Virus genome (UHGV): UHGV-0203358 | Length of the DNA: 41,751 nucleotides | Direction: 5' to 3' (one strand) | Origin: a virus | In this document: positions 41,268 to 41,751 of the stretch, one piece after another | Layout of the letters: every line of letters starts with the position of its first letter | Position numbering within the stretch: position 1 is the stretch's first letter | Made by a program: the position numbers and the translations under genes | The notes under the pieces: generated by a model | Told to the model about the DNA's origin: nothing | Seen by the model: the letters and a program-made list of their open reading frames with translations, nothing else | Databases searched by the model: none

Positions 41268-41751
41268 CAAGCTCCGGGATTACGAGCTTATGCTCGGAAA
41301 ACTCGGAAACAAGACGCCGGAAATATGCGGAAAAGCCATACACGAAGGCGCGAAAATCATCGCGGACGAGGTAAAGAACAACCTGAACTCGCTGAGCGTG
41401 ACCACGGACGAGCTCGCCATGCTTAAAGCAAGAAAAGGCGAGCCGACGTACATCACGAAGCGGGCGAAGGAAGGGCTTATCGAATCCTTCGGCGTCACCC
41501 CCATGCAAAAAGACCGCGACGGCATCTACAACGTGAAACTCGGTTTCGACGGCTACAACGCCGTGAAAACCAAAAAATGGCCGAAAGGTCAACCGAATCA
41601 GCTTATCGCCCGCGCCTGCGAATCCGGCTCGTCCGCGATGATCAAGCAACCGTTCTTCCGCCAGGCGGTGCAGAAAAAGCGCCGGAAAGCTGAAAAGCGG
41701 ATGGGCGAAATACTCGATGAGGAAATCAAGAAAACAGGAGGATTTAATTAA
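41248..41751 (+). CDS. HK97 gp10-like tail completion/neck protein
   Basis: RBS GGAGG and ATG 41248; 'AIHEGAKIIADEVK', 'ESGSS.M.KQPF.R.AV'. Confidence 0.8.
   Translation: MAMIRFSKLRDYELMLGKLGNKTPEICGKAIHEGAKIIADEVKNNLNSLSVTTDELAMLKARKGEPTYITKRAKEGLIESFGVTPMQKDRDGIYNVKLGFDGYNAVKTKKWPKGQPNQLIARACESGSSAMIKQPFFRQAVQKKRRKAEKRMGEILDEEIKKTGGFN

Noticed and set aside
1..41751. Alternative genetic code (stop-codon reassignment)
   Set aside because: Core genes are intact under code 11 and end in TAA, TGA and TAG; only one small ORF has an internal TGA

Overview
This window looks like a complete, circularly permuted genome of a temperate siphovirus, probably infecting a gut Firmicute (Clostridia-type sigma-A promoters, GH25 lysin, LL-H-type holin; the host is an inference). 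It opens at the major tail protein, and the last bases (AGGAGGATTTAATTAA) supply the ribosome-binding site for the ATG at position 1. Module order: tail and adsorption (1-11113); lysis (11120-12478); an independently promoted 3-gene cassette with a Cys-rich lead protein (12732-14073); an accessory region of small genes driven by two duplicated strong promoters (14092-17209); a leftward lysogeny block with a large serine integrase, lipoprotein, HTH-membrane protein and CI-like repressor (17210-20781); an early/replication block with YqaJ, VRR-NUC, a DUF4373 initiator with iterons, SSB, an RlmN-like radical SAM enzyme, MazG-like protein and methyltransferases (20865-34329); and HK97-type packaging and head genes (34326-41751). 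The most notable signals are: a circularly permuted twister-ribozyme-like RNA over the stop codon of the first early gene; a repeated, covarying RNA motif before RBSs in the accessory operon; an RlmN/Cfr-like enzyme lacking the cross-link-resolving Cys; a candidate attP inside the integrase 3' end; unannotated micro-ORFs resembling the repressor C-terminal helices; and strong GGCC depletion. All family assignments come from reading motifs by eye; no database searches were run.
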